Source of the DNA: Phyllobates terribilis
Taxonomy: Eukaryota
NCBI RefSeq assembly: GCF_046119375.1
Contig: NW_027362767.1
Location: forward strand, 89,342,001-89,406,000
Direction of reading: 5' to 3'
DNA length: 64,000 nucleotides
The position numbers and the translations under genes are program-made. Under the pieces are notes generated by a model. It was not told the DNA's origin, made no database searches, and saw nothing but the letters and a program-made list of their open reading frames with translations. Positions 63,485-64,000 of this stretch are shown here, piece by piece; within the stretch, counting starts at the first letter, position 1, and every line of letters begins with the position of its first letter.

Positions 63485-63744
63485 TCATATAATGAACAGA
63501 TCAACACTACTGCTAATTTTTAAGCGGAACTGCCTAAATATTGAAATGACAGACGTAATTACCAACGCGGATGGCGAGCTCCGCTGCGCATAATTGTGAC
63601 TGGTGTTGGTATCACTCCACCATTACTGAACAGACCTGATTGTCTTATCATTATCGTACATCACTTAGAATATATACATGTACAAGTACTTTGTCTACAT
63701 ACACACATATAATATAATATAATATTATAATATTGCATGCACCA

Positions 63745-63845
63745 TGGTCCGAGGTGCGACTCCAACCAAGGCAACTTCTGCATTTAGTCTGCTTGTTCTT
63801 CACTTGCTCGGGCTTTTTCTAGGTTCTTTGGTTTTCCTCCCTAAA
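63745..63845 (+). mobile_element. Highly degenerate V-SINE fragment
   Basis: gttcttcacttgctcgggctttttctaggttctttggttttcctccc resembles the V domain at 27100-27160. Confidence 0.45.
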
Positions 63846-64000
63846 GGAGTCAATACTCACATACACATAATTTCGGCAGGACTGCCTGATTTTCATAAGG
63901 GTCTACAACCTGACGGATGAGGTTATGGTGAAAGAGGGATCAGACACGTTGAATTTTAAGACCTTATCATTTTGTTCTCCCAGGAGATCAGCTAACAGCT

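Overview
Vertebrate genomic DNA, most likely an anuran (frog). This is inferred from the TE complement: T2/Kolobok-type TTAA MITEs, DIRS1, V-SINE, L2 and Tc1. The window lies inside one + strand gene, ralgapa1 (Ral GTPase-activating protein alpha-1/GARNL1). Ten GT-AG exons (5487-29366) splice into one open 392-codon frame. The canonical next exon and the GAP-domain exons were not found, so the last intron is >34.6 kb. That intron holds three large minisatellites (31/32-bp, 28-bp and 42-bp units). The 31/32-bp array is carried inside an 8-kb hAT element with a perfect 8-bp TSD. The 42-bp array is split by a young, apparently intact Tf1/sushi-type chromovirus with 626-bp LTRs differing at about 4 positions. 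That element shows a self-priming PBS, a -1 frameshift site with a pseudoknot, and a splice acceptor in frame with the upstream host exon. Elsewhere are a nested degenerate DIRS1, a near-intact DD38E (Intruder-type) Tc1, a near-intact DD34E Tc1, a solo LTR, L2, a V-SINE, many MITEs and a CT-rich array with assembly gaps. The most unexpected item is an exon-like segment at 63351-63484 that resembles a diverged copy of the missing next ralgapa1 exon but ends in a stop. All coordinates were read by eye. Protein homologies are recalled from memory, not searched.
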